Positions 40,533-51,786 of a DNA stretch of 64,000 nucleotides are shown here, one piece after another. The stretch is taken from contig JAUCBJ010007175.1 of the NCBI GenBank assembly GCA_032718475.1, forward strand, positions 60,290 through 124,289, written 5' to 3'. The notes beneath the pieces are model-generated. The model did no database searches. It was not told the origin of the DNA and worked only from the letters and a program-made list of their open reading frames with translations. Position 1 is the first letter of the stretch. Each line of letters opens with the position of its first letter. Source of the DNA: Nemertoderma westbladi. Taxonomy: Eukaryota > Animalia > Xenacoelomorpha. Position numbers and translations under genes: made by a program.

Positions 40533-42635
40533 CTATATAGAGTATTTAACGTGCCCCCAGACCCTCACGAGTCCGCCGCCGCCTGTTCGTGACACCCCTA
40601 TAGAGACCTCACCTCTTTGGGTATCGCGTTCTAGCGCGATACTTTGCTGCACTTCTTGCAACTTTAGCCTACTTTCCCTTACTGTGCCCTTGAATTGCTG
40701 GACAGTCTCCTGCATCTGCCCGAGCAGGAGATCCATCCCCCGCCGTCTCTCGTCCACCCATTCGACCGCCGAAGCGGGAGTCGCCAACGTTGTAGCGGGC
40801 GGACGAGGGACCACGGGCGACAAATCAGGAATATTTCGCTCGGGATCCAGGACCTGAACTGTCTCCTGGGCAGTTCTACTGGGCACAGGTAGCTTAGTGC
40901 TATGTAGAGGGAATTTAGAGTTAGCTTCAGGGAGCACAGGTGTGTCTATCACCGAAGGGGTGATTTCAAAAACAGGCCTAATTATTTCAGGCTCATCTAC
41001 TATAGTAGGGAGTCTTTCTATTTTAATTATTTGGTCTGTGGGTTCTGTACTACCTAAGTTGGTGTTATTTAGTTGCCTTCTAACAGCTGGAGGCAAATCA
41101 GGCAATTTCTGACGGTGGAATGTTCTTTTACGTCTGCTTAGACGAGATCTATTTCCTTTGCCTTCAGTATCGGTGGTATCGCCTTCCTCAGATGATGTAT
41201 ATCCCTGTCTTTTGGGAGTAGATCGATTCATCATCTGCATATTACTAGCTGTTAACTGTTTATTTATGCAGTCTTGATTCTCCTGAATATTTTCCAATTC
41301 TAATTGGGTGGTTTCTTCAGCCGCTTTCCGTTCTGCTTCTGCCACTGCCTCTGCCGCCTTTCTTTCCGCTTTTGCCGCTGCCATTGCCGCCTTTCTTTCT
41401 GCTTCTGCCGCTTTTGCCTCTGCCGCTGCCTCTGCTTCTGCAGCTACCACTGCTGCTTTCTTTCTGTCTTCTATACGTTTTTTCTTTACTTGTTCTTCTT
41501 GGACTCGTGTCAGGCGGAGTTGTTCATCAAATTTAGCCTGATTCGCAGCCCTCATTTCCACATCGATGGCATCCAACACACGCTGAGTTCCTTCGCTATT
41601 AGGGCTAAGTCCATCTAACCTTCTCCTCAACTCGTCATCACCTAAAAAACGTTGATAGTCTGACAGATAGATGTCAATGGCATCCCTCTTATGCGGTTTC
41701 TCTGCCGTCGCTTCACTTTCCACTTGGGAAAAAGTAGCGTCTGTTGATTCTCCATGGGTTGAGCGCTCCTCCAGCTGAGCTTTCCACTGAGCTGTTCCTT
41801 GAACCTGGCGACTCACCCGTTGAAACCAAGTCTTTACGGCAACTTGCAACGACGTGTCTTGTCTTCTTTTAGAAGCCTCTTCAAAGGCTGATAATATTAG
41901 CCTGATTCGCAGAATTCTTTCTCTAACTTGATAGAGCAGTTGTCCCTGCTCTTGAGGTCCTTGAGGTTGTTGTAACAGTTGTTTTTCTACTCGCTCCATA
42001 GAGCTGAAGAATCCCTGTGCGTATCCGGCTGCGGACCTCTTCCACACAGCTGGATCGATGGTTTCCTTGGCTACTCCCATCCGGTGTATGTCTTCCCAGG
42101 CAGCTTCTGATAAATCAAACGGGAGTCCGGGTCCGAGGAAGTTCCATTGCGACTCGACCATGGACTTCAGTTCTTCCCTTGTGTATCCCGCATAACTATC
42201 TTTAGTTGAGCGCTTACTTCTCGCCCAATCGATCTGGTGTTCTTCCACAGCGATCAATAACCTAGTGAGTACGGCTGCAGGAAGGATGAGAAGGGGATCC
42301 GAATAAACCGCATCCGTCATCCTTGCTCCGCGCTCGGGTGTCAGTTCTACAGTATCTTCACTACTGGAGCTGTCGGGCCACTGAGAAATAATTTCTTGGC
42401 TCACGGGTTGTTGCTGTTCCGCTGCTTCTTGGTCCCGCTTGACCTGAGCTCGAGTGCCTATGATAGACCTACGATGTTGGACCAGCCTAGGTTCTGTTAT
42501 TACTACAGGAGGGATGACCTTCCTCACAGTGGGAGGTGAACTGAACTTACGACTAGACGGTTCTACGCCTCTATCTGAGTCGCAGATAGTTACATCTAAT
42601 AAACTGTCTGACAGGTTCTGCTTAGTATCAGACAT
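40533..42635 (-). CDS. Upstream ORF0 of the inner element, 700 aa, coiled-coil/low-complexity, function unknown
   Basis: Long ATG-initiated ORF on the element's sense strand, with an AEAK/AERK-rich helical tract and no recognisable catalytic motif. Confidence 0.7.
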   Translation of the reverse strand: MSDTKQNLSDSLLDVTICDSDRGVEPSSRKFSSPPTVRKVIPPVVITEPRLVQHRRSIIGTRAQVKRDQEAAEQQQPVSQEIISQWPDSSSSEDTVELTPERGARMTDAVYSDPLLILPAAVLTRLLIAVEEHQIDWARSKRSTKDSYAGYTREELKSMVESQWNFLGPGLPFDLSEAAWEDIHRMGVAKETIDPAVWKRSAAGYAQGFFSSMERVEKQLLQQPQGPQEQGQLLYQVRERILRIRLILSAFEEASKRRQDTSLQVAVKTWFQRVSRQVQGTAQWKAQLEERSTHGESTDATFSQVESEATAEKPHKRDAIDIYLSDYQRFLGDDELRRRLDGLSPNSEGTQRVLDAIDVEMRAANQAKFDEQLRLTRVQEEQVKKKRIEDRKKAAVVAAEAEAAAEAKAAEAERKAAMAAAKAERKAAEAVAEAERKAAEETTQLELENIQENQDCINKQLTASNMQMMNRSTPKRQGYTSSEEGDTTDTEGKGNRSRLSRRKRTFHRQKLPDLPPAVRRQLNNTNLGSTEPTDQIIKIERLPTIVDEPEIIRPVFEITPSVIDTPVLPEANSKFPLHSTKLPVPSRTAQETVQVLDPERNIPDLSPVVPRPPATTLATPASAVEWVDERRRGMDLLLGQMQETVQQFKGTVRESRLKLQEVQQSIALERDTQRGEVSIGVSRTGGGGLVRVWGHVKYSI

Positions 42636-44078
42636 GTTTATGTGTACAGTTGAATGTCTACTGCTGTATTACAGTCTGAGCAAGTCTAGTAACTCAGTAT
42701 TAACTGCTAGCCTAGTAATTAATTACCTATACTGCTACTCAGTGTAGCGTGATATATATATTATATTAGAATACCGGTATGCTTATAGTATATATAACTA
42801 TATAAGTATTATTACAGACTAGGTTTATCACAGAATACCGGTATAATTTTAGCACAAATATATATAAATATATAATAGGCCTATCGGGAATACCGGTATA
42901 CAGCTTACAGTTTGTAGTATATATAATTCTGGACTAGAATTAATTACAAGTACCGGTATAATTTCAGCCTAAATTTATAGAAATAAAGATAATAGGCCTA
43001 TCGTAAATACCGGTATGCAGTTTACACTTATAGTGTATATATATAAGTATAATTACAAACTAGAATTAATTACAGAATACCGGTATGATTTCAACCTAAA
43101 ATTTATAGAAATAAATATAATAAGCCTATTGTAAATACCGGTATATCAATTATTTTAAATAACTGAATTTCTGAATTTTAAGGGTTACTTGGTTACCTTA
43201 ACTTACTTTATTGCCGTTATTTAAGCAGTAGTCCAACTGATATTGAGACCTAATTGTTGTATGGCAGGCCTACTATTTATAAATCGTTTGAGTTGATTTA
43301 TAATATATATATACCAGTTTAATGGGTTTTGTCAATGTTGAAATAAATGTTATTATTTCTGGGGAGTAATCACTACACAAAGCGGTGCGCTTTCAGTGAA
43401 GTGTTACTTATAGGACACTAAAACAAATAATGCTAATTTACCTAAGTTACTTAATACTACAAATTACGTACAATTCGGGTGAGATTACAATCTCTAAATA
43501 AACACAAAAATTTACAAAAACACAAAATACGAATTTTCAGGGTAATTTTACAAGATGTCTACAAACCAGCCTAACAAAGGGTTAGAATCTGGTTATTACA
43601 ACGGACAGGGTACTACGGTATTTGAAAATAATAAGTAGTAGTAAATACACTGCGTTGTCCAGATAGGAAAATACCACCGCCTGACGACCTATAGCCGTAT
43701 CGCTATAGGTACTACTTTATGTATCACGGAGTGTTCCTACCTAGAAGTTAATAGAGCTAATCGAACGTGCCTATCAACCACTTTACAACACAAATATAAT
43801 GCCTACACTAATTACTTTCGGAAAGCACTGTACACTAAACCCTAAATTAGGTACGAGTACTTGTACAACAGATAATCAGTAGTTAAATATACTTGAACAG
43901 CTAAAAGAACCACGGCATCTGCTGGAGTGACCGATGCACAAAATCATGGGGAATGAATGTTGCGAATAATCGCATAAACTCTGAATAATAAATATTACGC
44001 TACACGTACAAACCACTCAAACAAAATGCAGACCAAATACTGACAGACTACCATCAAGCCGAAACAAACTACGGTATA

Positions 44079-44560
44079 TGCAGACTCCGAAATGATTAGG
44101 TAGTATGCGTTCTAACCCAGTAGTACGACTTATTCTTTAGTTGGGGGTTTACCTTACAGCAATGGCTGCCCCTACTTCCTAACCGTTCTTTATCGGACAG
44201 ATGCTTTACACACACCGAAATCCGTTCAGACCTAATAACAGCCAGACAACTATCCAGCCTACAAATTATCTAAATAAATATTATACGCTACCTGTACAGA
44301 CTACACAAACAAAGTACAGACTAAACAATGGCAGAGTACTCTCAAGCCTAAATAAACTACAGGACATGCAGACTACGAAATGATTAGGTAGTATGCGTTC
44401 TAACCCAGTAGTACGACTTATTCTTTAGTTGGGGGTTTACCTTACAGCAATGGCTGCCCCTACTTCCTAACCGTTCTTTATCGGACAAGTGATCTACACA
44501 CACTGCAATCCGTTCAGACTTAACAGCAATCAGACAACAGCTCAGCCTACAAATTGTCTG
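44079..44560. repeat. Tandem duplication (period ~290 bp) in the 5' leader of the inner element
   Basis: The block GAAATGATTAGG...TTTATCGGACA (~110 bp) is identical at ~44089 and ~44377, with diverged flanks. Confidence 0.9.
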
Positions 44561-44912
44561 TACAATATGATCAGGCTTACACGCCTTCTGTTCAATACTG
44601 GCCTACAAATAAATAAAACTGACAGAAATAAGTAAGCTCCAAAAGAAACAAGGGGTGTACAGTCCCTAATCTCTTAAACAGCCTACCGGTATACCACAAT
44701 CAAATCGAATAATACTAATGTACTTATACGGGAAGTACCGGTTAGGACAGTTAGGCCTACGGACCTACAGAAGTACCTGTTCTGGCAGTTGGACCTACGG
44801 ACCTACGGCAGTACCGGTTCTGGCAGTTGGGCCTACTGACCTACAGATGTACCGTTCAGGTTTACCGGTTGACCGGTACTTTCAACTTTATTGCTTACTG
44901 CAATAAAGAAGC

Positions 44913-44924
44913 TATATCCGTTAT
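44913..44924 (-). promoter_or_regulatory. Non-tRNA primer-binding site of the inner element (ATAACGGATATA), complementary to its own LTR
   Basis: Abuts the 5' LTR and lacks TGG. Exact reverse complement of LTR segment 47798-47809 (= 26790-26801). Confidence 0.7.
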
Positions 44925-45406
44925 TGTTCGCGCTTTCAGACCTTTGGCAGTTTAACCCGCCAAATTAGGATGTCTTTTAGATAATAAATCACTTTTAGCC
45001 TATGACAAGTATTTGATTCACTACACTAGTCGAAACCAATCTGTGCGCGATCATTCACCCGCTGGATATACCCGGGAGATTGGGTTCGACGGCTTAATCT
45101 TATTGCTATGTAAGCCTAATGTATTATTCGACTGACAGTATTATATAATCTCTGACAATATTATTCACCTTCGGGAAATATTAACAGTTCCTTTAGGACG
45201 TGGCGCTCTATCTATATAAACAGAGTTATGACTTAAACTACTCACAACGATATGGCTTAGTTATAATTCACATATATGGCGCATTCTTTAGGAAATGCTT
45301 CGTTATCAGTCTCACTCATACACAATGCTGCACAATACTGCACACTAATCTGCCGATCTTCACTGATTTTAGTCACATATAAAAGGAACACGGACCGACT
45401 CATGTA

Positions 45407-47507
45407 CTAGGATCGGCATGCTGCATTGCAGCTGCATTTTTAAGAATGCTGTGCCGGCTTATCGACAAAATCGCACCGCCACAACTCCCTATCACCCATG
45501 ACATTTGCTAGATCATCCGCATCTTCAAGGCCAGTGTCCTTTAAGATGCGTCTCAAGAAAGTCATGGGTTGTCCACCATGCTTATTCACTCCATGAGGCT
45601 GCCAAAGTACAAGATTATGCACTGGCTGGTCCTCACGGCGAAAGCAATGTCCTGCAAAGCGGAGCCGATTTTGTTCTAGTGTCAAGCTTGGGGGAACCAA
45701 TGAGACACCTCCAATGTTATATAGTGTCTGGTTGGAGATGTGTGCATTGTACTTGACACAATGTACCCGGCGTAGCATTCTTGTGAATGTGCCATCCAGA
45801 GATTTGGTGTCCTCAGCAGTTAGAGCCCAGCATGGACTCCCGTAGAGGAGTACTGGAACTACTGCTGCTCTAAATAATCGGACCTTAAGTTTCCGATTAA
45901 TTCTAGGTGACTTCCAAATCCTAGAAAGCCTATTCAAGGCTGCCCATGCCTTTCCCTTACGTATTCGAAGGTCCTCACCTGACTTCCGGATCCATGATCC
46001 CAGGTAACAGAAGTCGTCCACATGCTCAAGCATACCATCCTTTGAGCTTATGCTCATCCGATCAGAGACTTGCTGAGGACTTTCAAAGTTAACTGTCAGA
46101 ATTTTGGTCTTTCTGGAGTTAATAAAAAGACCAACACTAGAAGCAGCATGTTCTAATGAGCTGAGGAGCCGCTGGGCTCCCTCTAATGATTCTGAGAGTA
46201 CTCCTAAGTCATCAGCAAAGTCTAGATCAGTTAGGTACTTGGCAGGATTTCCTCGACTTCTGGAGCCAGTAGGTGGAGTTATCATCACCCCATCATCATT
46301 ATGATGATCTAAGGACATGCGTAGAACATAGTCAACCACAATAATGAACAAGAATGGTGCAAGTGTGTCTCCTTGGAGGACGCCCCATAACACTTCAAAT
46401 GGTTCTGTGTCACCGTCAACAGTAGACACAAATGTTGTTGAACCATCGTATACTGATCTGATTGCTGCAATAATTTCATCAGGAATCCCATATAATGAAA
46501 GTATGCTGAACATACGTGAGCGAGAGACTGAATCAAAGGCCTTGAAGAAGTCAACAAAGATAACAGCCAGATGCCTGTCTTTCTTTTTTGATAACTCTTC
46601 AATTATCCTTCTAAGTGCCAAAATGGGCTCCATGGTCCCACGACCTTTACGGAACCCATTCTGATTTCCACGTAGCAGTCTCTCAATGGGATCCCTGATG
46701 CGATTTAATAGAATTCTATTGTATAGTTTTGCAGCAATCGAGATCAATGAGATTCCCCGAAAAGAACCATAGAGTGTTAGGTTGCCTTTCTTGGGAACTG
46801 GCACCAACTTATTTGTTTTCATTTCTTGTGGGACTCTTGTTGTACGGTACATGTCTACTATGATGGGATAGATGAGCTTTAAACACTCAGGTATTTTAAA
46901 GACCTCAGGGGGAACACCATCTACTCCACTGGCACGATTGGTCTTAATGCTCTTTGCAGCAGCATTCACTTCTGCAAAGGAGATATCGCCAATGGGAATA
47001 TCTGGGAGTACAGACTCAGACACTTTTACTTCTATAAAGTTATCAGGCAATACCCTGTCATTATTGAGGAGCTTTTCAAAGTGGGCTTTCCAACCATTGA
47101 GGCGATCGGCTGGTGATTCAGCCTTAACCTTGGTGGTTGGTTGGCTTTTCCGCCCAGTAAGCAGATTGATCGATTTCCATGCCTGGGATGATTGCCTGCT
47201 GTCGTCAGCATCATTGATGGCATCAACCTGTTGGTTTATTAGCTCCTGTAGATTAACAGAGTACTGCCTGTTCAGGGACCTAGATGCAGCTTTAACTGCA
47301 TTCTTGGCCGCTGTAGTCTGTTTGAGTCGGGACTCTTTCTGCGCCTTATGAAGGTCATTTCGGCACTTCTGAATTTTGTTGTCAGTCCAGGGGGCCCTTT
47401 TCCTGTTTCGAGGGTATACAGGAACTGTTTCTGCAGCTGCTAACTTAACTGCTTCTGTAAAGGCAGTATAGCCCTCACAGTGATCTGCCGCCTCAGAGGC
47501 AAGACTG
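45407..47507 (-). mobile_element. 5'-truncated non-LTR retrotransposon (RTE-like LINE), 2.1 kb
   Basis: 12-bp TSD CCGACTCATGTA (45395-45406 and 47508-47519). Contains an RT ORF and a very short 3' UTR. No endonuclease domain retained. Confidence 0.93.
45440..47050 (-). CDS. LINE reverse transcriptase domain (partial ORF)
   Basis: PKKGNL..FRGISL, QNGFRKGR, FVDFFKAFDSV, GVLQGDTLAPFLF, LDFADD, FCYLGS, and the RTE-type C-terminal RLRFAGHCFR. Confidence 0.95.
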   Translation of the reverse strand: MPDNFIEVKVSESVLPDIPIGDISFAEVNAAAKSIKTNRASGVDGVPPEVFKIPECLKLIYPIIVDMYRTTRVPQEMKTNKLVPVPKKGNLTLYGSFRGISLISIAAKLYNRILLNRIRDPIERLLRGNQNGFRKGRGTMEPILALRRIIEELSKKKDRHLAVIFVDFFKAFDSVSRSRMFSILSLYGIPDEIIAAIRSVYDGSTTFVSTVDGDTEPFEVLWGVLQGDTLAPFLFIIVVDYVLRMSLDHHNDDGVMITPPTGSRSRGNPAKYLTDLDFADDLGVLSESLEGAQRLLSSLEHAASSVGLFINSRKTKILTVNFESPQQVSDRMSISSKDGMLEHVDDFCYLGSWIRKSGEDLRIRKGKAWAALNRLSRIWKSPRINRKLKVRLFRAAVVPVLLYGSPCWALTAEDTKSLDGTFTRMLRRVHCVKYNAHISNQTLYNIGGVSLVPPSLTLEQNRLRFAGHCFRREDQPVHNLVLWQPHGVNKHGGQPMTFLRRILKDTGLEDADDLANVMGDRELWRCDFVDKPAQHS

Positions 47508-49743
47508 CCGACTCATGTAGGGTCTATCAAATAACATTAGATTCACTTCAAACCACTTTAACATAAGTCACAATCGTTATATATAACCTTTCTCTCTTAC
47601 CTTCGGTATATCAAGAATATTGGGTTTCGGGGTTATTTATCGTTATTCCAAATATAATAATTCATCAACCATATTATGAAGGACCGACAGTAAATAGCAG
47701 TATAACAATAGAATGTAAACACAGTGTTTGATTAGGTATGGTATGTTATGATTTGAGTTGAGTTGTTATGCAGTTTGCAGTCAGTGTTTGCAGTGAGATA
47801 ACGGATATATGTCCTTATAATTAAGCCTACTAGTGTTAGGCTAAAAACAGAACAGCACAAAATATTTCCAAGCCGTTCTCTCCTGGCTCAGAACAGAATG
47901 TAAACACTGCACATAAAGCATTACGTGATTTCTAGGAAATTTCTCTACAAGAGCCATAAAAATGCTCTGATTGGCTGACTGAACTGAGAGACGCCGTAGA
48001 ACAAAGAAAATCAACACGTATGAATATCAGCTGTTAACCGTCGTCATAGTAACTACTGTTCAAGAGTAGCTATCACCTTTTGCGTCACGAATTGCCATAG
48101 AATCATCAACTATGCCTTCCACAGTACACGTACGGAGGAAATAGCTCTTAGATCCTCTAAAAAACACCAATACAGTAATAATACGGTCTCTTACACTTAT
48201 TAAATCAACTACAGAGTATTTTAATGTAAAAGATAATAAAAATAACGGGGCAATTCAGCAAAGGCTTTTACATAGTCCTTCACGTATCGCGCGTAGGTTT
48301 ATATGAAATAAATTGGAGATGAGCTGTTGCAACTGTAATTAAAGGTGTAATATTATGGGTTTGTTCAGAAGGGTTTATATGTACCGATTTAGTGTTTCGA
48401 TTGCCTAGACTCGGCCTACTGGGTATATTGGGATTGTGTTTATTTTTGGTGTTATTTTCTTTCTGTCCCTGCCACGGTGTGGCCCTGCTACCAGCTAGCT
48501 GTGGACTAGCAGTCCCCTGTATGGCCGCGTGTGGTAGCGACTGTCCGCACGACCTGTTCTCGTCCAGGGAGTTCGATGTTCCTGCTCCTATTGGGGTATA
48601 TTGTCGATATTGTGATGGGGGAATGTCACCCTGTCCCCCCCCGGCAGGTATGTTTGGTACTGGGGTTGATGTTAATATATTGGGGCCCATACATCTATCT
48701 CCAATAACTCTCCCCTCCCCTGGATATATGTTATGTCCCTGTGTATTATAGTCATGCTGCTGTACCGATATAGGCCTACCCACTTCCTGCCTACCTACCG
48801 GTATGTACTCCGCGGCTTCCGGGTTTAATCCCGTTGTTCGCGCTACCCTATCGCCTACTCTACCTCTCCCAGCATGGCCTATAATAGTATGTGCAGTAAG
48901 GCCTACAGTATGTCCTGCAGTCTGCATGTGCCCTTTTGAACCGAAGTTTAATCTTCTCGAATCTCCCCGCGACTACCGCACTCTCGATCGGCAGCTATAT
49001 CCCGTCGGGAAGCTTCTCTTCGATCCCCTCTCCTGTTCTCGACTTTGTATTGGTACGTCCTGTACCCCTCTCTTGGCGTGCGGTGCGTTTCTCAGGGGCG
49101 ACGGCAATCTCCCGAAGTTCGACCCCACTGACTCCCTGACTCCATCTCTACTATCGACGGTCCGTTATCCGTCCTCGCACTCCTATCGTTCGTGGCGACA
49201 CTTTTTCTACTATCTCCTCTTCTTCTCTTTTCAGTGCAGTATTCCGGCTCGTGAGATCTCTCGTCGACCTCCCGGTTAAACTCCATTGTTCTTCTTCCCT
49301 CTTCTAATCGGGCTCGACGCTTCGTCTGCCCTCTCGCGACGTCAACCTGCCTCTCTCTGCTCGATCGCACGCCAATGGGGATACTCGCAATCCCCCTATT
49401 ATTCTCCATCGCCGGGTGTTGCGGTTTACCTAATTCGGCCCGCGCATTATCCGCCGAAGCCTGTGGGACACTCTCTGCCCCCCCCCCCCTCTCTCTACTA
49501 ATCTCTCACGGTGGGGTGTCCGTAGCCCCCCCCCCCCCCCCACCCGCCACTTATAACTTCACTATCTCTTACTACACTTCTGCGTCCCTCTTGTCGGACA
49601 TTCTCTACCTCCCCCCTCTCGCCACTAATCTTCCGTGGTGGGGCGCCCGTAGCCCCCCCCCACCCGCTACTTCTAACTTCACTACCTCCTACTACACCTC
49701 TACACCCCTCTTGTGGGGCATTCTCTCCCCCCCTCTCTCACCA

Positions 49744-51747
49744 CTAATCTTCTGTGGTGGGGCGCCTGTTGCCCCCCCCCCCCCCCCGCTCGCCACATCT
49801 AACTTCACTATCTCTTACTTTACTACTACACCCCTCTCTAGTCGACGCACTGTCTCTACTACGGCTGGGTCTATTCACCCCCGCCTCTCTCTCTACTACT
49901 GCGTGGCCTATCAGGCCCACCTCGGGTTGGCTCAACCCCGCTACCTCCTGCCTACCAACTACGTGGCCTACCAGGCCGCCGTCGGGTTGGCTTAACCCCG
50001 CCACTTCCTGCCTACTAACTACGTGGCCTACCAGGCCGCCGTCTGCCGGGCTATACACGTCTGACACGTTCACATTAATAGCACCATTCCCAATATTATT
50101 TGTTAAATCAATTAAATTATTAGAATTTGAAACGGGATTATTATTTAAATTAGAATTATTATTATTTTCAAAATTTAAATTATTATTCGAATTATTTGAA
50201 TTATTCTGAATATTTGAATTAATGTTATTATTTGAATTTAAATTTAAATTACTACTGCCAGGTAAAATATTATTTGCTGCAATAAAGGGATTAGGGTTAT
50301 CTACTACGGTACTATTAATGTTAACTATTTCTAACGTACTACTATTACCCCCCCCCCCCCCCCTGCCTGTACAGCTACACCAGTTCTGGTTCTCTCGCCC
50401 GGTGTCTGTAAGTGGGGTCTCACTCTCTGATAGTTCCAACCGCGCCAGTTCTAGTCGGCGCCGCTCCAGTTTGGCTTGATATTGCGCAAGCCTCCCTAGC
50501 CGGGCACGCAAATCATCCCGTTCATGCTTGGTATATTTTGGCACTGTAACGTACCGGTAACAGTACCCCCAGTAGCAGGTACACTACTAAAGTATGTATA
50601 TGCTGTACTGCTGTACTACCAGCCTACTAACTGCACTGTAACGTACCGGTAACAGTACCAAAATATACCAATGCTCTGCCTCTATCTCTCTCTCTCTGCA
50701 CTCTCGTAAACTTCGCTCGGCCAACTCGGTATCTCTCGCAACCATCTCAAACCGCCTCGCCGACTCGCTCTCTACTTCCATCTCCCGCTCTCTACACTCC
50801 TCGGCTCTCTCTCTACACACCTCGACTCTCTCTCTATCCTTCCTTGCCCACTCTCTTTCTCTCTCCAACCATGCGGTTTCCTGACTCACTTGCCTCTCTA
50901 ATTCTTTCTGCTCTGTCGCCACCATCGCTAATTCGTACGTCAGATTTATCTCCAGCACCCTTCTTTCTTTTGCGGAGGATGTAGCAGACTTATCGGTTGC
51001 GACGGACTCCCGTCGCCCCTCCGTCCCACCAACTATCCCCCGCCTCCCGGAACTTCTTCCGACCGACGAGACCGAATCCTCGGGGCTAACCTCGGATTCG
51101 CCCTCCTCAGGTCTCTTCCAACCCACTAATTTTGCTCCCCGGGCATCGACTAAGTATGGCCCTATGTACACTACACTAGGTTGCATACCCCTACACTCCC
51201 ATAGTTCAATCAGTTCGCTGGCAACCCCTCTCGCTCTCTCGCTGGCTAGTTCTTCCTGCCCAAAACGCTTTAAATGGTCAAAATGTCCGTTCGACTCACC
51301 TAACAGTCTCTTCAACTTTACCTCATCTATCTTCGCCCCTCCTTTGGCTGCTCTTAACTGCTGCCGGGTCGCGGCGTAGGCTCGTCGGAGCCGGCTGCTG
51401 ACCCCGACGTCCTCGTCGCCGACATCTCCTCCATCTCTCCGGGTCTGGCGTCGTACCGTCGGCCCTACCGTTGCTGTTCCGGTGTGCCGTCCGTCGCCCT
51501 CGGCCTGTGGCTGGCCGGCAACATCGGCACGTCGACCGCCGCTGTGTGTCGACTCGTCTCCTTCTCCTCCCGACTCGCTTTCTCCTTCTCTCGACTCGAC
51601 TTCTGGTTCCAGGCGGCCCCCCTCATCCTGGACTGCCGGATGGCCCGTTACCGATGGGTCCGGCGTCGTGGGCCTATACCGTCTGGTCGCGGCCTCGCGG
51701 ATCGTTAGTTCTTCTTCCGGGGTCCGCGTTGGCGTTACGTCGCTCAT
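49744..51747 (-). pseudogene. gag: Gag-like N-terminal region of the outer element, split by a MITE
   Basis: The ATG is 40 nt inside the 5' LTR boundary. Contains SPEDSVSSVG and an E/R-rich coil typical of BEL gag N-termini. ORFs 50587-51747 and 49744-50544 share a frame and fuse (EIEAEH-ERDDLRARL) on removing 147 bp. Confidence 0.65.
50528..50671. mobile_element. 144-bp MITE-like insertion
   Basis: Terminal inverted repeats TTGGTATATTTTGG(C/T)ACTGT. TGC is duplicated at 50525-50527 and 50672-50674. Removal restores the gag frame. Confidence 0.8.
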
Positions 51748-51777
51748 CTTTTACTTTAGATCGGTAGCTGGCTGGAA

Positions 51778-51786
51778 TTCTAAGAC
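51778..51786 (-). promoter_or_regulatory. Non-tRNA primer-binding site of the outer element (GTCTTAGAA), complementary to its own LTR
   Basis: Abuts the 5' LTR and lacks TGG. Exact reverse complement of LTR segment 52004-52012 (= 23025-23033). Confidence 0.6.

Larger units (their letters stand above)
26030..48272 (-). mobile_element. Inner giant BEL/Pao LTR retrotransposon (~22.2 kb; ~20 kb without the LINE inserts)
   Basis: Two 1235-bp TG...CA LTRs and a 5-bp TSD TAGTC (26025-26029 and 48273-48277). Domain order gag-PR-RT-RH-IN with BEL motifs. Confidence 0.96.
44925..48272 (-). repeat. 5' LTR of the inner BEL element, interrupted by a LINE
   Basis: 44925-45406 plus 47520-48272 reconstruct the 1235-bp LTR. 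Confidence 0.95.

Noticed and set aside
34097-42747. Short + strand ORFs overlapping pol, gag and ORF0
   Set aside because: Antisense shadows of the long coding regions, with no motifs.
48280-49995. Short ORFs around the poly-C tracts
   Set aside because: Low-complexity, frameshifted middle part of the outer element's gag region; not independent genes.
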